From Planctomycetota bacterium (GTDB taxonomy: Bacteria; Planctomycetota; UBA1135; UBA2386): 46,504 bases of DNA. The stretch covers positions 1-46,504 of the forward strand of contig DAIMFJ010000002.1 of assembly GCA_036724695.1 (NCBI GenBank), given 5' to 3'. Of the stretch, positions 42,835-46,504 are shown piece by piece (the first letter of the stretch is position 1; every line of letters starts with the position of its first letter). A model generated the notes under the pieces. The model ran no database searches. It was given only the letters and a program-made list of their open reading frames with translations, and was not told the origin of the DNA. The position numbers were made by a program, and so were the translations under genes.

Positions 42835-45800
42835 ATGAACCGCCATCGCTCCGCCAGCGCCCGCGCGCTGCTCACGTTCGCCGCCTTGGCCACCGCATTG
42901 ACCGCCCAGGGCACGCCGATCGGTTTCGCCGAGACCTATGCGCTGGCCGCCGAGCGCAGCAAGGCGGTGGCGAGCCTGGTGCAGGGCACCGACGAGTGGT
43001 ACCGCTACCACTGCCGCGAACGGCTCGATGCCCGTGACTTCGCAACGGTCCGCGAGCTGCTCGGTGCGTGGGAACGCCAGCACGGTCGCAACCGTCACGT
43101 GACCGAAACGGCGCGCCGGCTGGCGCTGCTCGACTTCGCCGGCGATCCCGCGGCGACGTACCAATACCTGCGCGAGACCCTCGCTCTGCGTTTCGAACAT
43201 CGCCAACAGGTCGGCAGCGAGGCCACCGGTCTCGGCAGCGCCCTGCCGGCGTCGGCGATCGCCACCGCGACCCTGCGGCAACGAGCACTGCAGCGCGACC
43301 CGAACACCGTCGACCGCTTCACGGACGCCGCCCTGCCCGAGCTCCTGCAGACCGACCTGAGCGACAACCAGCTGCACAGCCTGCTGACCCGGCTGCGCCG
43401 CGCCGACCTGCCGAACCTGCCGGCGGCGATCGTGCGCAACCTCGGCCATCGGCAGAGCCGCGGCTTCGGCTCGCTCGACGTGCACGGCCTGCTGTTCCTG
43501 GACCAGCTCGAAGCCTGCGCGCAGTTGCGCCCGCAGCTGCTCGACGAACCGCCGTTCGTCGGCCAGATGCTCCGTGCCTTGACGCCGAACGGCGACCGCC
43601 GCTGGCAGGAGGACCCGGCGCTGCGGCACCAGCAGCTGCTGCGGCTGCAGGCGTTCGCCGACCGGTTGTCGCCGAGTTTCAACTCGTTCAAGGCCCACGT
43701 GCTGCACCACCTGCTGCAGCACGACCTCGCGAACGGCACCGTCGACGAAGCCCGCTTCGTCGCCTACCTGCGACTGCCGCGCCGCGCCGCCTACAGCAAC
43801 CAGCTGTACGTCGACTCGTTCGACCGCACCGCCCTGGCCAACCTCGGGACCGAATACGTCACCGGCCTGCCACCCGTCGGCGACGACCAGGCGCTGGTCC
43901 GCGATTGCCTGGAGCACTGCTTCGCCCGCCGCGACGACGTCGGTCCGTTCGGCAGCTTCCTCGATGCCGACTACGTCAGACACGTGCTCGCCGAGACCAA
44001 GCTGCTGCTCGGCCAGGGCGCCGCCGAACGCTGGTACACGCTGCGCAACGACGCCGGGGCCATCGAGCGGCTCGAACAGCGCGTCGAGATCCGCTTCCCG
44101 CACACACGCAAGTCGACCTACGCCGCGGACGAACCGGTGTCGATCGACGTCGACTGCAAGAACGTGCCGACGCTGCTCGTCAAGGTGTACGCGATCGACG
44201 CCCATCGCTACTACACCGAGGTCGGCCGCGAGATCGGCGCCGACATCGAACTCGACGGCGTGGTGCCCAACCACGAACAGACCGTCACCAGCCAGCTGCC
44301 CAGGATCCGGCGCCAGCGTCATACGTTCGCACTGCCGCAGCTGGCCGGGCCCGGCGTCTACGTGATCGAATTCGTCGGCAACGGCACCAGCAGCCGGGCC
44401 GTGATCCACAAGGGGGCGCTGCACCACACCGTGCGTACCACCGCCGCCGGCCATCGGTTCCGCATCCACGACGAAACCGGCGCGCACCGGCGCGATGCCA
44501 CCTTGTGGCTCGGCGGGCGCGACTACGCCACCGACGACCAAGGCGAGATCCTGGTCCCGTTCACCACCGACGCCGGGAGCCGCACCGCCGTCGTGCGCGC
44601 CGGCGCGCGCGCCAGCCGAGTGCAGTTCGACCACCAGTCCGAAGGCTACACGCTCGACGCCGTGGCCCACGTCGAGCGCGAGAGCCTGGTCGCCGGCCAA
44701 CGGGCCAAGGTCCTGTTGGCACCTCGACTGCGCTGTGCCGGCGCACTGGCGTCGATCCGCCTGCTCGACGAACCGGTGCTCGAGCTGGTCGCCACCGACC
44801 GCGACGGCGTGACGACGCGGCAGGAGGTGCGTGGGTTGCAGCTCGGCGACGACCAGGAACTGGTCCACGAGTTCGTCGTGCCCGAACGGCTGCAGCGCGT
44901 CGCCTTCTGGCTGCGCGGCCGCGTGCGCGAACTCGACGGCGACACCTTGCCGATGAGCTGCCAGGCCGGCACGTTCGACGTCAACGGCGTCGATGGCGGG
45001 TCTGGCCGCATGAGCCCGGCCCTGCTGCGCGGCGAACGCGGTTACGAGCTCGAGCTGCGCGGCAAGAACGGCGAGTTGCGCGCCGGCAAGACGTTGCAGA
45101 TCACGTTGCAACACCGCCACCACCGCGATGCGGTGCACGCGACCCTGGCCAGCGACGGGCGCGGGCGGATCCTGCTCGGGCCGCTCGACGGCATCGAGTC
45201 CCTGTACGTGCAGCGCGACGGCGAGTTCGGCGGTTCGTTCCAGTTGCTGCGCGGCGGTGCCACGTTGCCACAGGCTCTGCACGCGCTGGCCGGCGAGGCA
45301 CTGGCCTTGCCGTTCCCGACCACTGCAACGGCACCGAGCCGCAGCGAGTTGTCGCTGACGAGTGCGGTTGCCGACCACTTCGAGCACCTGCGCCTCGCCG
45401 ACGGCGAGCTGCGCATCGCGCCACTGCCGCCCGGCACCTACACGCTGCGACTGCACCGCACCGGCCAGCAGCTGCCGATCCACGTGCTGACCGGCCAGCG
45501 CGACGGCGGCTGGCTGGTCGGCGCCGAGCAGATCCGGCAGGCTGCCGCGACGGTGGCCTTGGCGCTGCGCGCCCCGCGGATCGACGACGAGCAGTTGGTG
45601 TTGCGGATCGCCGGACACAGCCAGGCGGCCCGGGTCCACGTCACTGCCACCCGCGGCACGCCGACGTTCCGCTTGCCGGCGCTGGCGTGGCCGGCCGACG
45701 CACTGCGCGGCTTCGAGTCGCTGGACCTGCCCTGCCAGTACGAAGCGGGCCGCGCCCTCGGCGACGAGTACCGCTACGTGCTCGAGCGGCGTTTCGCGCA

Positions 45801-46504
45801 GAAGTTCCCCGGCAACATGCTGCCCCGACCGAGCCTGCTGACCAACCCGTGGCGCCTCGACGACGACTCGCGCAACGAGGCGGTCGGTCTCGGTGGCCGG
45901 AGCGGCGGGCGCTTCGGCGGGCGCGCCGGCGGCCGCGGCGGCGTGTCGGGCAACCCGGCCGGCCCCTCCACCGGCGGCCCAGCGCCGGATCTCGGCGGCT
46001 ACGCGAACCTGGACTACCTGCCGCAAGCGGCGAGCGTGCTCGCCAACCTGCGGCCCGACGCCAACGGCGAGGTGCGCATCGCGCGCCGCGACCTCGGCCA
46101 GGGCAACCTGGTACACGTCCTCGTCGTCGATGGCGACCGCAGCGTGCACGACAGCGTCGTGCTGCCCGAGGTGGCACTCACGCCACGCCCACGCACGTTG
46201 GCCACGGCACTCGCTGCCGACCAGGCGTTCGCGGAGGGCAAGACCATGCAGTTCGTCGGCACCGGTGGCACGACCAGACTCGGCGATCCACGCAGCGTGC
46301 AGGTCGAGGCCTTCGAATCGCTGGCCGACGTGCATCGCGCGTTCGCGGCGATCCGCCCGGACGCCGCGCTGCAGCAGTTCGCGTTCCTGCTCGAGTGGCC
46401 GACGCTGCCGCGCGAGAAGCAGCTGCAGCTGTACGGCGAACACGCCGGTCACGAGCTGCACTTCTTCCTGTACCACAAGGACCGCGCGTTCTTCGACGCG
46501 GTCG
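42835..46504 (+). CDS. very large secreted protein of unknown function (N-terminal 1223 codons; continues past the window end)
   Basis: MNRHRSASARALLTFAALATALTAQG (signal peptide). I checked the frame by hand at 43441, 44101, 45001, 45841, 46381 and 46441 and found no stops. It is absent from the track because no stop lies in the window. The 1230-aa minus-strand ORF 42784..46476 is its antisense shadow. Confidence 0.75.
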   Translation, partial: MNRHRSASARALLTFAALATALTAQGTPIGFAETYALAAERSKAVASLVQGTDEWYRYHCRERLDARDFATVRELLGAWERQHGRNRHVTETARRLALLDFAGDPAATYQYLRETLALRFEHRQQVGSEATGLGSALPASAIATATLRQRALQRDPNTVDRFTDAALPELLQTDLSDNQLHSLLTRLRRADLPNLPAAIVRNLGHRQSRGFGSLDVHGLLFLDQLEACAQLRPQLLDEPPFVGQMLRALTPNGDRRWQEDPALRHQQLLRLQAFADRLSPSFNSFKAHVLHHLLQHDLANGTVDEARFVAYLRLPRRAAYSNQLYVDSFDRTALANLGTEYVTGLPPVGDDQALVRDCLEHCFARRDDVGPFGSFLDADYVRHVLAETKLLLGQGAAERWYTLRNDAGAIERLEQRVEIRFPHTRKSTYAADEPVSIDVDCKNVPTLLVKVYAIDAHRYYTEVGREIGADIELDGVVPNHEQTVTSQLPRIRRQRHTFALPQLAGPGVYVIEFVGNGTSSRAVIHKGALHHTVRTTAAGHRFRIHDETGAHRRDATLWLGGRDYATDDQGEILVPFTTDAGSRTAVVRAGARASRVQFDHQSEGYTLDAVAHVERESLVAGQRAKVLLAPRLRCAGALASIRLLDEPVLELVATDRDGVTTRQEVRGLQLGDDQELVHEFVVPERLQRVAFWLRGRVRELDGDTLPMSCQAGTFDVNGVDGGSGRMSPALLRGERGYELELRGKNGELRAGKTLQITLQHRHHRDAVHATLASDGRGRILLGPLDGIESLYVQRDGEFGGSFQLLRGGATLPQALHALAGEALALPFPTTATAPSRSELSLTSAVADHFEHLRLADGELRIAPLPPGTYTLRLHRTGQQLPIHVLTGQRDGGWLVGAEQIRQAAATVALALRAPRIDDEQLVLRIAGHSQAARVHVTATRGTPTFRLPALAWPADALRGFESLDLPCQYEAGRALGDEYRYVLERRFAQKFPGNMLPRPSLLTNPWRLDDDSRNEAVGLGGRSGGRFGGRAGGRGGVSGNPAGPSTGGPAPDLGGYANLDYLPQAASVLANLRPDANGEVRIARRDLGQGNLVHVLVVDGDRSVHDSVVLPEVALTPRPRTLATALAADQAFAEGKTMQFVGTGGTTRLGDPRSVQVEAFESLADVHRAFAAIRPDAALQQFAFLLEWPTLPREKQLQLYGEHAGHELHFFLYHKDRAFFDAV

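Noticed and set aside
42784-46476. 1230-aa ORF on the minus strand, the longest in the track
   Set aside because: Its composition is Arg/Ala/Gly/Val/Gln-rich, typical of an antisense shadow frame at ~70% GC. The + strand frame opposite it has a signal peptide, balanced composition and a sigma54 promoter. I call the + strand gene (42835..>46504) instead.

Overview
GC-rich (about 70% by eye) chromosomal segment from a diderm bacterium, judged from lipoboxes, an outer-membrane beta-barrel protein and an MsbA-like exporter. I support about 33 protein-coding genes. I saw no rRNA, tRNA, CRISPR array, transposase or integrase. The many long Arg/Ala/Pro/Gly-rich ORFs in the track are antisense shadow frames of real genes, as expected at this GC content. 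Recognisable housekeeping genes are ruvC, ispD-ispF, an MsbA-like ABC exporter, PBP4/dacB, an S41 C-terminal protease, tsaD-larB-carA-rluA-like (overlapping start/stop codons), an enoyl-CoA hydratase, an aldo/keto reductase, proS, asnB, carB and a transaldolase-family gene. Between them sit many secreted proteins and lipoproteins of unknown function. Three things stand out. (1) A TlpA/ResA-like thioredoxin-fold gene (21639..22610, minus) has an in-frame TGA exactly at the first Cys of the CxxC motif, followed by a bSECIS-like hairpin, so it is a candidate selenoprotein that the ORF track splits in two. (2) A 1265-aa fusion of a Ser/Thr kinase, TPR-like helical repeats, a GAF domain, a sigma54 AAA+ activator domain and a Fis-type HTH (29567..33364). 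(3) Four GGCAC-N5-TTGC sigma54-type promoter motifs, all intergenic and all on the + strand. One lies upstream of the lipoprotein/activator operon itself, two lie upstream of secreted-protein genes, and one has no annotated gene behind it. Three of the four are accompanied by GGAATCCGG/CCGGATTCC-like upstream repeats. Together these suggest an uncharacterised kinase-gated, autoregulated sigma54 regulon that controls secreted proteins. Everything was read by hand; no searches or folding programs were run.
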